From Macrostomum hystrix (Eukaryota > Animalia > Platyhelminthes): a stretch of 64,000 nt of DNA. Each line of letters begins with the position of its first letter. The stretch's first letter is position 1. The DNA lies in the NCBI GenBank assembly GCA_950097015.1, contig CATNEN010000033.1, positions 1,860,001-1,924,000 on the forward strand, written 5' to 3'. The notes below the pieces were generated by a model. It searched no databases and was not told the DNA's origin. It saw only the letters and a list, made by a program, of their open reading frames with translations. The position numbers were made by a program, and so were the translations under genes. Below, one piece after another: positions 49,627 through 63,400 of the stretch.

Positions 49627-51434
49627 TCAGATGGTGAGACTCAGATGGTGAGACTCAGATGGTGAGATTCAGATGGTGAGATTCAGATGGTGAGATTCAG
49701 ATGGTGAGACTCAGATGGTGAGATTCAGATGGTGAGATTCAGATGGTGAGATTCAGATGGTGAGATTCAGATGGTGAGATTCAGATGGTGAGACTCAGAT
49801 GGTGAGACTCAGATGGTGAGACTCGGATGGTGAGACTCAGATGGTGAGACTCAGATGGTGAGACTCAGATGGTGAGACTCTGATGGTGAGTCTCAGATGG
49901 TGAGACTCTGATGGTGAGATACCAATGGTGAGATTCAGATGGTGAGACTCAGATGGTGAGATTCAGATGGTGAGATTCAGATGGTGAGATTCAGATGGTG
50001 AGATTCAGATGGTGAGATTCAGATGGTGAGACTCAGATGGTGAGACTCGGATGGTGAGACTCAGATGGTGAGACTCAGATGGTGAGACTCAGATGGTGAG
50101 ACTCAGATGGTGAGTCTCAGATGGTGAGATTCAGATGGTGAGATTCAGATGGTGAGATTCAGATGGTGAGACTCAGATGGTGAGACTCAGATGGTGAGAC
50201 TCAGATGGTGAGACTCAGATGGTGAGACTCAAATGGTGAGACTCAGATGGTGAGACTCTGATGGTGATATACCAATGGTGAGATTCAGATGATGAGACTC
50301 AGATGGTGAGACTCAGATGGTGAGACTCAGATGGTGAGACTCAGATGGTGAGACTCAGATGGTGAGACTCAGATGGTGAGACTCGGATGGTGAGACTCAG
50401 ATGGTGAGACTCAGATGGTGAGACTCTGATGGTGAGACTCAGATGGTGAGACTCAGATGGTGAGACTCAGATGGTGAGACTCAGATGGTGAGACTCAGAT
50501 GGTGAGACTCTGATGGTGAGATACCAATGGTGAGATTCAGATGATGAGACTCAGATGGTGAGACTCAGATGGTGAGACTCAGATGGTGAGACTCAGATGG
50601 TGAGACTCTTATGGTGAGATACCAATGGTGAGATTCAGATGGTGAGACTCAGATGGTGAGATTCAGATGGTGAGATTCAGATGGTGAGATTCAGATGGTG
50701 AGACTCAGATGGTGAGACTCAGATGGTGAGACTCAGATGGTGAGACTCGGATGGTGAGACTCAGATGGTGAGACTCAGATGGTGAGACTCAGATGGTGAG
50801 ACTCAGATGGTGAGACTCAGATGATGAGACTCTGATGGTGAGACTCTGATGGTGAGATACCAATGGTGAGATTCAGATGATGAGACTCAGATGGTGAGAC
50901 TCAGATGGTGAGACTCTGATGGTGAGATACCAATGGTGAGATTCAGATGGTGAGACTCTGATGGTGAGATTCAGATGGTGAGATTCAGATGGTGAGATTC
51001 AGATGGTGAGACTCAGATGGTGAGACTCAGATGGTGAGATTCAGATGGTGAGATTCAGATGGTGAGACTCAGATGGTGAGACTCGGATGGTGAGACTCAG
51101 ATGGTGAGACTCAGATGGTGAGACTCAGATGGTGAGACTCAGATGGTGAGTCTCAGATGGTGAGATTCAGATGGTGAGATTCAGATGGTGAGATTCAGAT
51201 GGTGAGACTCAGATGGTGAGACTCAGATGGTGAGACTCAGATGGTGAGACTCAGATGGTGAGACTCAGATGGTGAGACTCAGATGGTGAGACTCAGATGG
51301 TGAGACTCAGATGGTGAGATTCAGATGGTGAGATTCAGATGGTGAGACTCAGATGGTGAGGTTCAGATGGTGAGACTCAGATGGTGAGATTCAGATGGTG
51401 AGATTCAGATGGTGAGACTCAGATGGTGAGATTC
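49627..51434. repeat. 13-bp minisatellite (tcagatggtgaga[c/t]), about 139 copies
   Basis: 13-nt period, with occasional taccaatggtgagat variant units. Confidence 0.97.
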
Positions 51435-52629
51435 GCATCAGGTGGCGAGGACTAGGTCTAGAGGAGAGAAACTCATGAGTTTTGGTTCTAGGAGAGAAAG
51501 GTGAGAAGTTGAGTCGGTACACGTTGAATGCCCTGGGATGATTTATTGTTGAGATTTAGGCATAAAAAACTTTGAGATTGGAGACTCAATGATGAGACGC
51601 GGATTGCTCGGATTGAGATAAGAGGTAGCAAGGTGCGATTCGGGTGTGAGCACTGCTCAATTTGAGCTCGCAAGAGGAAGGCGGACAGAAGGGTGATTAA
51701 GAGAAAGCCAAATTCGCTTTACTCTTCGAAGCCTGCTAGTTCTAATTGCCGGCCTCCTTGCGCTATACGCGCGTGCCTGCCCGGCTGCTCCGGGCGACAC
51801 CCCGGAAAGACATCGTGGAAGGATTCCTGGACCAGGCCTGGACTGCGGGTCGCAGACAGTTAGGCAGCAGCGGAGAGACTTGGCTACACTCGAGGGTCTC
51901 AAATCTTAATGAAATTAGGAAAGAAAATTTCACGAAGCATGCTTGCTGAGTCTCTTGTGCGGCAGAAACTGGGTCACAATATCCGACAGGATTAGCTCCT
52001 GTGGCGGTCCGCTCGCATCAGCCAAGGAACAGGCTGGGAAATTAGCTGCGATAAATCTGGGCGCTGACTTCCCCCATGGCCGCTGGTCCTCTCGAATCCG
52101 GGATCAAGGATGAGCCTGTGAAGTCCACGAATGAAACAAGCTGATTTCCAGAGAAGGGGAGGAGAAAGCACAGGCCGTTCTGGTTTCCAGGATTGGGGCA
52201 AGTAGCTCGCAGTGTACTGCCTTAACAGCAGAAAGACCAGGGGGTATTTGAAGCATCCTTCAAAATGTTCCACCATGGCCATGAAAATCCAGAAAATGGG
52301 CTACAATTTTCCGCTCTATCCGATTAAACAACTTCCCGAATCACAAACACATCGGCATCGTTGAGATAGTCATCAGGGTGTCTGGTGACAAAGACCACCA
52401 ATATTGGCATCATTTTTCTACTCACAAAATTACATCATGTAATCATGCCGGATATCATTATTGCTTACTCGTAGATAGTATTGATTATATTGTTCCTTTT
52501 TGTTATCGCACCAATATGGATAATAAAATATCGCCATAGAAACGGAGCAATGTTAGTTGTCCTTGTCACTGAATTGAGATGAATTACTAAAATCGTTCAC
52601 TCGGTTTGAAAGCAATTGTGATGTAGGCA

Positions 52630-52955
52630 GTGGGTATTTGAAATACCCACGTGGTCTTCCAGCTGTTATTGAAAAACCCACGTGGTCTTCCAGCTGTTAT
52701 TGAAAAACCCACGTGGTCTTTCAGTTGTTATTGAAATACCCACGTGGTCTTTCAGCTGTTATTGAAATACCCACGTGGTCTTTCAGCTGTTATTGAAATA
52801 CCCACGTGGTCTTTCAGCTGTTATTAAAACACCCACGTGGTCTTTCAGCTGTTATTGAAACACTCACGTGGTCTTTCAGCTGTTATTGAAATACCCACGT
52901 GGTCTTTCAGCTGTTATTGAAATACCCACGTGGTCTTTCAGCTGTTATTGAAATA
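52630..52955. repeat. 31-bp tandem repeat (gaaatacccacgtggtctttcagctgttatt), about 10 copies, preceded by a 10-bp perfect inverted repeat
   Basis: 31-nt period (52640, 52671). Each unit carries CACGTG and usually CAGCTG. gtgggtattt-g-aaatacccac lies at 52630-52650. Confidence 0.94.
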
Positions 52956-53656
52956 CGTCGTTGAACTTCTGAAGTGTAAATTGTGGATCATGCCGCAGCA
53001 CCTGTATCCAACGACTTAAAGTGACAGAGCAAAAAGTACACTTAACTCGGTTCGGCCAGATGTACAGCCAGTGGCACAGCCGCAGCTATTGCGCGTGTAC
53101 AGCTGTTCAGTCCACAGACTGTCGGGCCACCAACACCCAAATTTCTGCCCTTGCAATTCTGGCAGCCATTCTACTAGCTAAAGTTGGTGTCCTGTATAAC
53201 CCTGTAAGTTTCTAGGTATGCATTTCTATTTGAATAGTTTCTGGTATTCGAACTCCAGACCTCCACCTAAAACTGGCCTGCAGCCTCCACATCATGTGGA
53301 ATCGGTTCTGTAGCTAACAGAACATTTTTACAGATTTAGTTTTCAGTTTTTTTTGGAACTCTCGTGGCTCATCTCCCCTTTTATAGCAAAAAATAGCATT
53401 AATAAAAATATGGGATGGCAATGAGCTTTGGATGACGTCTAGGTGAAGCAAAATCACAGGAAATGAAATTCTTGAAGTGAGATTTTTACTTTGTACAAAT
53501 CTGTGGCATCAAAAGACAGTCAGTCAATTCGATACTAGTAAACATTTAAAAAGGTTCTAGAAATTTAATGCTTGTTAATCACAGGTGAGATACGATGAGT
53601 TCAGGTGTGTCGCTTCCACTAGCAAAATGGAGGCCCGTCGGTGATTTCCCAAGTCG

Positions 53657-54442
53657 TCATCGCGGCACCGCGCTTTGGGCCTCGTTGAAAGACTCAGGCC
53701 AGTGGTGGTGGGCGCTGGGCGCACCGGCTGACTGCCGGAGGTTGGGGTCAGAGCAGTAGCAGAACATGGAGTTGCACACCATGGCGGGGTGCTGGCACAA
53801 CAGCTCCGGCCAGCACGGCCCGACGCTCAGAGCAGCAGCGCCGGACGAACTGTCTCGGTGAGCGGCGGTTGCCGGTCCGTCTTCTTCGCGCACTGGCTCG
53901 ATGCAGATCGGCACCGCGCTGATCATTGACGCAGCCGGTGCTGCCGTGGACGCCTCGGCGACGCGCTGGACGTTCTGACCCGCCTGAGCCATTGGCTGCT
54001 CCTCCTGTGGCTGCGGCCTGGATGCACCGCCGCCACCGTTGCCCCACACGTGCTTCTGATATACCTCTCGACGGCACACAGCGTTGTGGGTCTTGTAAAG
54101 GCCGGCATTGACGTAGCTGCAGTTTTGGCCAGGGCGGGGCTTTCTGCGACATGCCGTGCAGGCCAGCAGGCGAAGCAGCCGGTTCTGGGTTGCCAAAGGC
54201 AGCGCCATGCTGCAGATCATGAGCAGCAGCAGGCAGGACAGCACGACTACTAGGGCAGTCAGCAGGCCGTGGTTGGGCGTCACGCAGTTGACGGTGATGT
54301 TGGCGGAGGCGTTGCAGAGGCGGATCTCAGCCTCCTCATCCGGGCCATGAGCCTGCAGCAGCTGGCCGGAGCAGCGACTGCTGAGGTCGAGTTGCAGCAG
54401 CAAAATCAGCAACGACTGCGGCATCGGCGGCTGCTGCCTCAT
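53657..54442 (-). CDS. Orphan putative single-pass membrane protein, about 261 aa
   Basis: GC-rich ORF behind an acceptor-like gctaatccag. It has a weak signal-like segment (LLILLL), sequons NAS and NIT, a 24-residue hydrophobic helix (LLTALVVVLSCLLLLMICSMALPL), then CxxC-RRK and Tyr motifs. No family recognised. Confidence 0.55.
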   Translation of the reverse strand: MRQQPPMPQSLLILLLQLDLSSRCSGQLLQAHGPDEEAEIRLCNASANITVNCVTPNHGLLTALVVVLSCLLLLMICSMALPLATQNRLLRLLACTACRRKPRPGQNCSYVNAGLYKTHNAVCRREVYQKHVWGNGGGGASRPQPQEEQPMAQAGQNVQRVAEASTAAPAASMISAVPICIEPVREEDGPATAAHRDSSSGAAALSVGPCWPELLCQHPAMVCNSMFCYCSDPNLRQSAGAPSAHHHWPESFNEAQSAVPR

Positions 54443-55852
54443 GCGGTGGCTGATCTCGTTTGATGAAGCTGGATTAGCGGGGCGATAAGGAGGGGAGGGT
54501 GGTTGGTGCGTGACAGTGCTAGCAAGCAGGGGGATATGCGACACACGCTGTGCAGTCCCTCTCAAAATCACTGGCAAAACTTGTGCCCGCCTTCTGAAGC
54601 CATAAGCCTTGGCGGGGCATGGACTAAAACACAGCTCTAGTCCACTGTGTTTGTGGAGCTAGATAAGGAGAGGCTAATCAACTGTCAGAGAGGCTGCCGT
54701 TGCCGAGTTTGTCTACAGCGTCTGACAGCCGAAAGCTGCAAAGGAGGGGGAGGGAGAGATGCAGAGCCCCCACTTCGAGTTCCTCATCATCTTTGCCGCT
54801 AGAGTAGAGAGCAAAAAGAAAGAAATCGATTCGCAGGCAATCTCCTTCAAGCGAGCTCGAGTTCGCCTCCAAGCCCAGAAAGGCCCGCGTCCGACAGCTT
54901 GTGCGCGTAGTTTACTGATCCGCCATATTTTCATGTAGTTACTCTCATAGTTTTTAGTTCTATCAAAAGCTTTTTCACAAAAAACGTGCTGAAAAAATTC
55001 ATCGCCAAGTCGGACAGGCCTGACGCGCTACTCCGCTGGGACACGAGATAGAGAGAGAACGATCGCGGCGCCTCTCCTCCACCACGACAGATGCGTTTAC
55101 TGCAAACTCGATCTGATGAGCGAAGCTGGGAAGGAAAGGCCGATCGCCTCTCTATCTCTCTCGCTTTTTCGTAGCGATTCGCAGAAAACGCTGCTCCTGG
55201 TTTGCACGGCTTGTCCTTTTGTTTAGTGACGAAGAACGGCCGGTCCGGAGGGGGCGCAGATCCGGAAGGCGAGAGAGGAAGAGAGATCGGGGGGAGCCGG
55301 CGCCGAAAAGGTGATGGTGCGGTACCTAACCGTTGAGGTAGGGCGACACAGGGAAAAATGCAGGGCAGAATGTTATGCTTCGTGTCCCCGATGTGCGTGC
55401 GTAGCGGCCATTACTGCAACTAACCAGACGGTATCCGCATATAATCTCTGAAATCCCATGCAACGACGCTTTCCACTGTAATACGGAGACAATTTATTTT
55501 TCATCACTCCATCCATCCTCAGAACAAACTTTTTTATCTGACAAATTTTCTAACAAACTGGCGCAGCTTTGTTGCCGGAAAAGCTGGTTAAGACACGGTA
55601 TCTGGAGAAGTAGCTCAAGCAGTGCTGCCTTGCTAGGACATGAGCCGTCATGAGCCGTTCCTCTGTTTTGAAACCATCGGACAGTCCTTTTGAGGGTGGT
55701 CTGGAAGCATATCTGCCATCTCGGCTTTCTTGCTGCCTCTTACCTGCGCATTTTTCAAAGGAGTGCTCGGTCAAGGAGTGGAGGGGGGCAGGCTACAGGC
55801 CAAACAGAATTTATCTTGAAGCTTGAGAGAGGCACTCAAGGGCTTATTCAAG

Positions 55853-58800
55853 ACTAGATCAGGCTCAGCAATCGAGTGGCTGTGATCACAATCTACTCGA
55901 TTCTCAAAACTAGATCAGGCTCAGCAATCGAGTGGCTGTGATCACAATCTACCCGATTCTCAGGACCAGATCGGGCTCAGCAATCGAGTGGCTGTGATCA
56001 CAATCTACCCGATTCTCAGGACCAGATCAGGCTCAGCAAGAGAGTGGCTATGATCACAATCTACCCGATTCTCAGGACCAGATCGGGCTCAGCAATCGAG
56101 TGGCTGTGATCACAATCTACCCGATTCTCAGGACCAGATCGGGTTCAGCAATCGAGTGGCTATGATCACAATCTACCCGATTTTAAGGACCAGATCGGGC
56201 TGAGCAATCGAGTGGCTATGATCACAATCTACCCGATTCTCAGGACCAGATCGGGCTCAGCAAGAGAGTGGCTATGATCACAATCTACCTGATTCTCAGG
56301 ACCAGATCGGGCTCAGCAATCGAGTGGCTGTGATCACAATCTACCCGATTCTCAGGACCAGATCAGGCTCAGCAATCGAGTGGCTGTGATCACAATCTAC
56401 TCGATTCTCAGAACTAGATCAGGCTCAGCAATCGAGTGGCTGTGATCACAATCTACCCGATTCTCAGGACCAGATCGGGCTCAGCAAGAGAGTGGCTATG
56501 ATCACAATCTACCCGATTCTCAGGACCAGATCGGGCTCAGCAATCGAGTGGCTGTGATCACAATCTACCCGATTCTCAGGACCAGATCGGGTTCAGCAAT
56601 CGAGTGGCTGTGATCACAATCTACCCGATTCTCAGGACCAGATCAGGCTCAGCAAGAGAGTGGCTATGATCACAATCTACCCGATTCTCAGGACCAGATC
56701 GGGCTCAGCAATGGAGTGGCTGTGATCACAATCTACCCGATTCTCAGGACTAGATCGGGCTCAGCAATGGAGTGGCTATGATCACAATCTACCCGATTCT
56801 CAGGACCAGATCGGGCTCAGCAATCGAGTGGCTGTGATCACAATCTACCTGATTCTCAGGACTCGACAAGGCTCAGCAATCGAGTGGCTATGATCACAAT
56901 CTACCCGATTCTCAGGACCAGATCGGGCTCAGCAATGGAGTGGCTGTGATCACAATCTACCCGATTCTCAGGACTAGATCGGGCTCAGCAATGGAGTGGC
57001 TATGATCACAATCTACCCGATTCTCAGGACCAGATCGGGCTCAGCAATCGAGTGGCTGTGATCACAATCTACCTGATTCTCAGGACTCGACAAGGCTCAG
57101 CAATCGAGTGGCTGTGATCACAATCTACCCGATTCTCAGGACCAGATCAGGCTCAGCAAGAGAGTGGCTATGATCACAATCTACCCGATTCTCAGGACCA
57201 GATCGGGCTCAGCAATGGAGTGGCTGTGATCACAATCTACCCGATTCTCAGGACTAGATCGGGCTCAGCAATGGAGTGGCTATGATCACAATCTTACCCG
57301 ATTCTCAGGACCAGATCGGGCTCAGCAATCGAGTGGCTGTGATCACAATCTACCTGATTCTCAGGACTCGACAAGGCTCAGCAATCGAGTGGCTATGATC
57401 ACAATCTACCCGATTCTCAGGACCAGATCGGGCTCAGCAATGGAGTGGCTGTGATCACAATCTACCCGATTCTCAGGACTAGATCGGGCTCAGCAATGGA
57501 GTGGCTATGATCACAATCTACCCGATTCTCAGGACCAGATCGGGCTCAGCAATCGAGTGGCTGTGATCACAATCTACCTGATTCTCAGGACCTCGACAAG
57601 GCTCAGCAATCGAGTGGCTGTGATCACAATCTACCCGATTCTCAGGACCAGATCGGGCTCAGCAAACGAGTGGCTGTGACCACAATCTACCTGATTCTCA
57701 GGACTAGATCAGGCTCAGCAAACGAGTGGCTGTGATCACAATCTACCTGATTCTCAGGACCAGATCAGGCTCAGCAATCGAGTGGCTGTGATCACAATCT
57801 ACCTGATTCTCAGGACCAGATCAGGCTCAGCAATCGAGTGGCCTGTGATCACAATCTAGCTGATTCTCAGGACCAGATCAGGCTCAGCAATCGAGTGGGC
57901 TGTGATCACAATCTACCTGATTCTCAGGACTAGATCAGGCTCAGCAATCGAGTGGCTGTGATCACAATCTACTCGATTCTCAGAACTAGATCAGGCTCAG
58001 CAATCAAGTGGCTGTGATCACAATCTACCCGATTCTCAGGACTAGATCAGGCTCAGCAATCGAGTGGCTGTGATCACAATCTACCTGATTCTCAGGACCA
58101 GATCAGGCTCAGCAATCGAGTGGCTGTGATCACAATCTACCTGATTCTCAGGACTAGATCAGGCTCAGCAATCGAGTGGCTGTGATCACAATCTACCTGA
58201 TTCTCAGGACTAGATCAGGCTCAGCAATCGAGTGGCTGTGATCACAATCTACCTGATTCTCAGGACTAGATCAGGCTCAGCAATCGAGTGGCTGTGATCA
58301 CAATCTACTCGATTCTCAGAACTAGATCAGGCTCAGCAATCGAGTGGCTGTGATCACAATCTACCCGATTCTCAGGACTAGATCAGGCTCAGCAATCGAG
58401 TGGCTGTGATCACAATCTACCTGATTCTCAGGACCAGATCAGGCTCAGCAATCGAGTGGCTGTGATCACAATCTACTCGATTCTCAGAACTAGATCAGGC
58501 TCAGCAATCGAGTGGCTGTGATCACAATCTACCTGATTCTCAGGACTAGATCAGGCTCAGCAATCGAGTGGCTGTGATCACAATCTACTCGATTCTCAGA
58601 ACTAGATCAGGCTCAGCAATCGAGTGGCTGTGATCACAATCTACCCGATTCTCAGGACTAGATCAGGCTCAGCAATCGAGTGGCTGTGATCACAATCTAC
58701 CTGATTCTCAGGACCAGATCAGGCTCAGCAATCGAGTGGCTGTGATCACAATCTACTCGATTCTCAGAACTAGATCAGGCTCAGCAATCGAGTGGCTGTG

Positions 58801-60443
58801 ATCACAATCTACCTGATTCTCAGGACTAGATCAGGCTCAGCAATCGAGTGGCTGTGATCACAATCTACTCGATTCTCAGAACTAGATCAGGCTCAGCAAT
58901 CGAGTGGCTGTGATCACAATCTACCCGATTCTCAGGACTAGATCAGGCTCAGCAATCGAGTGGCTGTGATCACAATCTACCTGATTCTCAGGACCAGATC
59001 AGGCTCAGCAAGAGAGGGGCTATGATCACAATCTACCCGATTCTCAGGACCAGATCGGGCTCAGCAATCGAGTGGCTGTGATCACAATCTACCTGATTCT
59101 CAGGACTAGATCAGGCTCAGCAATCGAGTGGCTGTGATCACAATCTACCTGATTCTCAGGACCAGATCGGGCTCAGCAATCGAGTGGCTGTGATCACAAT
59201 CTACCTGATTCTCAGGACTAGATCAGGCTCAGCAATCGAGTGGCTGTGATCACAATCTACCCGATTCTCAGGACCAGATCAGGCTCAGCAATCGAGTGGC
59301 TGTGATCACAATCTACCCGATTCTCAGGACTAGATCAGGCTCAGCAATCGAGTGGCTGTGATCACAATCTACCTGATTCTCAGGACCAGATCAGGCTCAG
59401 CAATCGAGTGGCTGTGATCACAATCTACCCGATTCTCAGGACTAGATCAGGCTCAGCAATCGAGTGGCTGTGATCACAATCTACCTGATTCTCAGGACCA
59501 GATCAGGCTCAGCAATCGAGTGGCTGTGATCACAATCTACCCGATTCTCAGGACTAGATCAGGCTCAGCAATCGAGTGGCTGTGATCACAATCTACCTGA
59601 TTCTCAGGACCAGATCAGGCTCAGCAATCGAGTGGCTGTGATCACAATCTACCTGATTCTCAGGACCAGATCAGGCTCAGCAATCGAGTGGCTGTGATCA
59701 CAATCTACCTGATTCTCAGGACCAGATCAGGCTCAGCAATGGAGTGGCTGTGATCACAATCTACCCGATTCTCAGGACCAGATCGGGCTCAGCAATAGAG
59801 TGGCTGTGATCACAATCTACCCGATTCTCAGGACCAGATCAGGCTCAGCAATGGAGTGGCTGTGATCACAATCTACCTGATTCTCAGGACTAGATCAGGC
59901 TCAGCAATGGAGTGGCTGTGATCACAATCTACCCGATTCTCAGGACCAGATCGGGCTCAGCAATAGAGTGGCTGTGATCACAATCTACCCGATTCTCAGG
60001 ACCAGATCAGGCTCAGCAATGGAGTGGCTGTGATCACAATCTACCTGATTCTCAGGACTAGATCAGGCTCAGCAATCGAGTGGCTGTGATCACAATCTAC
60101 CCGATTCTCAGGACCAGATCAGGCTCAGCAATGGAGTGGCTGTGATCACAATCTACTCGATTCTCAGGACCAGATCAGGCTCAGCAATGGAGTGGCTGTG
60201 ATCACAATCTACCCGATTCTCAGGACCAGATCGGGCTCAGCAATGGAGTGGCTGTGATCACAATCTACCCGATTCTCAGGACTAGATCAGGCTCAGCAAT
60301 CGAGTGGCTGTGATCACAATCTACCCGATTCTCAGGACCAGATCGGGCTCAGCAATGGAGTGGCTGTGATCACAATCTACCCGATTCTCAGGACCAGATC
60401 GGGCTCAGCAATGGAGTGGCTGTGATCACAATCTACCCGATTC
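55853..60443. repeat. 56-bp minisatellite (gatcaggctcagcaatcgagtggctgtgatcacaatctacccgattctcaggacta), about 82 copies
   Basis: 56-nt period (aggctcagca at 55861 and 55917), with zoned variants and local higher-order repeats. Confidence 0.98.
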
Positions 60444-63400
60444 CTCCAGAGCTACTCATACAAGCAGTTCTTAACTCCAGCGCTGCATAATTGCTATTCT
60501 AGCATGGGCGCGAGGGCCTGTCGCGTGCACTTCGCTCGGAACCAAACGAATCCCGGCGCTTGCGACCATGCAATGCACCGGTGTCTGCCTGCCTCTCACA
60601 AAGCCCGGTGCATATTTGAGTACCGCGTGTTTGCACTGCTCCATGCAGCTCCGGTATGCACACACACGAAGCAAAATTAATCGCTGCTGTGCGAGACCAC
60701 GCAGACTTAGCCCCCACCCTGTCAGATCTTGCCTGATCGCTTTGATAGCTGCGGAAGAGAGTAAAATATTTTGCCTGGTATGAAAACTTCATTTCGATCA
60801 GAGCAAAGCAGATTTTACCATTGAGTGACATTTGCTGAATTATCGCCGTCATGTCCCCAATGAAAAATATAGACTTCTCAAAGCTGGGGCTCCGACATTA
60901 TCTACTCATAGGTACTCACTACTCATGCAATGTCTACTCATACTCATGAGCTCGCTCGGCGTGTTCTTCTCTGTGGGCGCATCGAGGCTTATTAATTAGA
61001 AAATTGCGAAGACAATGCACTACAGCCATGCAGTCCGAGTTGCTTAATTAAAGGCAGCATTTTGTATATTAGGCAGGTGGTGCCGCCGCGTACCGGTACC
61101 GGATCATTCGTCACGCTGCACACCGGAAGCTGTCAAGAAAGGCAGACCTAAGAGAGCTTCGGGGATCAAGCTAAAGCGCCTGTCAACAGCTGCCAGCAAT
61201 GCTCCCATGGGTTCAGACTGTCTGTCACTACTCCGCTGCTGAATCCCTGGAGCAGAAAATTCGCACTCACCTGCGGCTTTTTGCACGAATAGTCGCCTTT
61301 TTCGAACTCGATAATAAGAATCGCGAGCCAGTCTCTTGAGATAGTCTATTGACGCAACTGTGCAGCCAAGAGTACAAACATAATAATCCTAGTGAAGACA
61401 ACTCGTATCTCTAAGGAGCCATTGGTCATCCTTTGAAGTGAGAGTACTTGCAGATCGACCAGTTCAATCAGCTCGCGCAGCGCGGGACGATTCAAAGGAG
61501 TTTTCAAGCGAATTCGAAAAGCTCAGGAGAATCTCTCGGCCGATGCAGCTACTGCTGTGTAGTCGGCTAAGGTCTCTGTTCTGCGAGCTAAATTTAGACT
61601 GGAGTGGATCGAGTGGAATGGGGCAAATCTGCTGGCCTCCCCTCTCCCCACTGCCAGCCCAGTCAGATCCATCTGGGGATTAGGACTGTCGAGCTGCCGC
61701 TGTCCAATCACAGCCATCCGCTACTCCCACCGCTCATTCAGTGAAGCACAGCGGGCCAAATCCCACTCCGTGCTTTGTATTCTCGCATGCGCCATGGGGC
61801 CTCTCTGGGGAGCACTCAATGCGGCACGGTGGATCAAAATAATGCAGCGAAGCGATGCCATGGGGGCAAAGAATTATGGTCAAAGCTGCCGGCACCCAGT
61901 TTCACAAGTTTGCTGATTGATGCTGGCTGAAATGGCGGTGCTGGCGCAGGATACGCAGGGCGGCATTCATGTGGATTCATGACCGGCTACCTAATTCCTG
62001 TACTGTCAGTATCATTGTGGGCCAAGTGAAAAAGTTCCTCGCATTCCGTACAGATAGCCATTGTGGTTCATACTCTAGAAAATAGAGCTGCGACACATTT
62101 ATTTCCATTTTTCTGTCTGACAGACGGTTTGAGAGCTGAGGCCCACATTTACTCAAATTGAGCACACAAAACAATAAATTTTCTGCAAACTGGCTTCTCA
62201 AATTACTCGCCTGAGGAGGCCAGGTTGAGCTGTTGCGTAAGTACTTCTTAGAAAAATTTAGGGAAATCCTGCCAAGTGATCTTCAGCTTATTGCCAGTCA
62301 CATAAATGCCTACAATGCCAATAAATTTAGCTGTTTTATTCGTGTAGACCCTCACTAGGCTAATGCTTAGTGTGACATGAGCTTTTTCAAACTCAATGGT
62401 GCAATTTTGTGCACATCGTTGTACGAGTATAAGGCTATAGTTTTTGTGAAAATTTTCTGCGCCTGAACAGAGCCTCGCCTCGCCTCAAGGGACTTTTCCT
62501 GCGATTTGTTATTTCAACTGGTCGAGTGCACTTTCCAGGGCTTGATGAATGAGATTGGAGAAATTCTTTTCATACGCCTTCGTTGCTCCGTTCAGGTGTG
62601 TTGCTAATACTAATATAACCTGTATCTGGGCAGCCGCTGACTACGTCATGAATTCCCGCAATTCAAAGAACAATAAAACATATCCCGGTCATAAAGTAGA
62701 AGTTAGTTCAGAGCTGCCGCATGTTCCCTTATCCCACTTTGCGAATGCGAATTTCAACCTGAAATAAACCGTCGGAGAATCGAAAAAAGCCTGCCGCAGT
62801 AAGTCGGCGTCCGATTTCCGCAGGGGCAGCTGTGGCACTGCAGCAATAGGCATTGCGACAGGCATTGCGGACTGACCGACCCCCGCCACTCAGCAATGCT
62901 GCAATATCCTGGGTTTGCCGCCCAGACACTGCCCTCACTGCTATCGCTGCCTTCAGTGGCAGAGGGGGAGACAGCGAATTTCTCCCTCTTTAAGTTAAAT
63001 GACAAAAAAGCTTTTCAGAAATCGGACACAGCAAACCTGCCCGCATGGTCCGCGACTTGGTTCTTACACTGCTTTATTGCGCTCCACCAGGCATGGGTCT
63101 ATTTTTAGACGGAGCGGAGGAACATTGCGGATTTTTATAGCTACTAAACTCCCAGCTAAAAGCCTTTCATGCGTCTGATATAACCTTCTTGGCTTCTTTC
63201 TTCGTCCTCTACTACTATGCGGAGCACTCGCATGCGAAGTCGTTACTCGGACAGCTCGCTACACTGGTCTCCCGAGTTAGTAGGGCCGCAGCCATCGGAC
63301 CGCAGCTGAGATAGATGTGGCGCTGTCGTCCCACTTAAGCGAGCAGGTAAATTTTTTATATTCCCAGTGCTGTTTTCTCCCCGCAGCAGCTTCGAGCTGC

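Noticed and set aside
51657-52282. Short ORFs between the 13-bp and 31-bp arrays
   Set aside because: No recognisable domain or consistent exon chain.
55044-55160. Possible hammerhead ribozyme (CTGATGA at 55113, GAAA at 55134, inside a gagatagagag/ctctctatctc inverted repeat)
   Set aside because: Stem II cannot form (G rather than C precedes GAAA) and stem I does not pair. An Rfam/RNAMotif scan would settle it.
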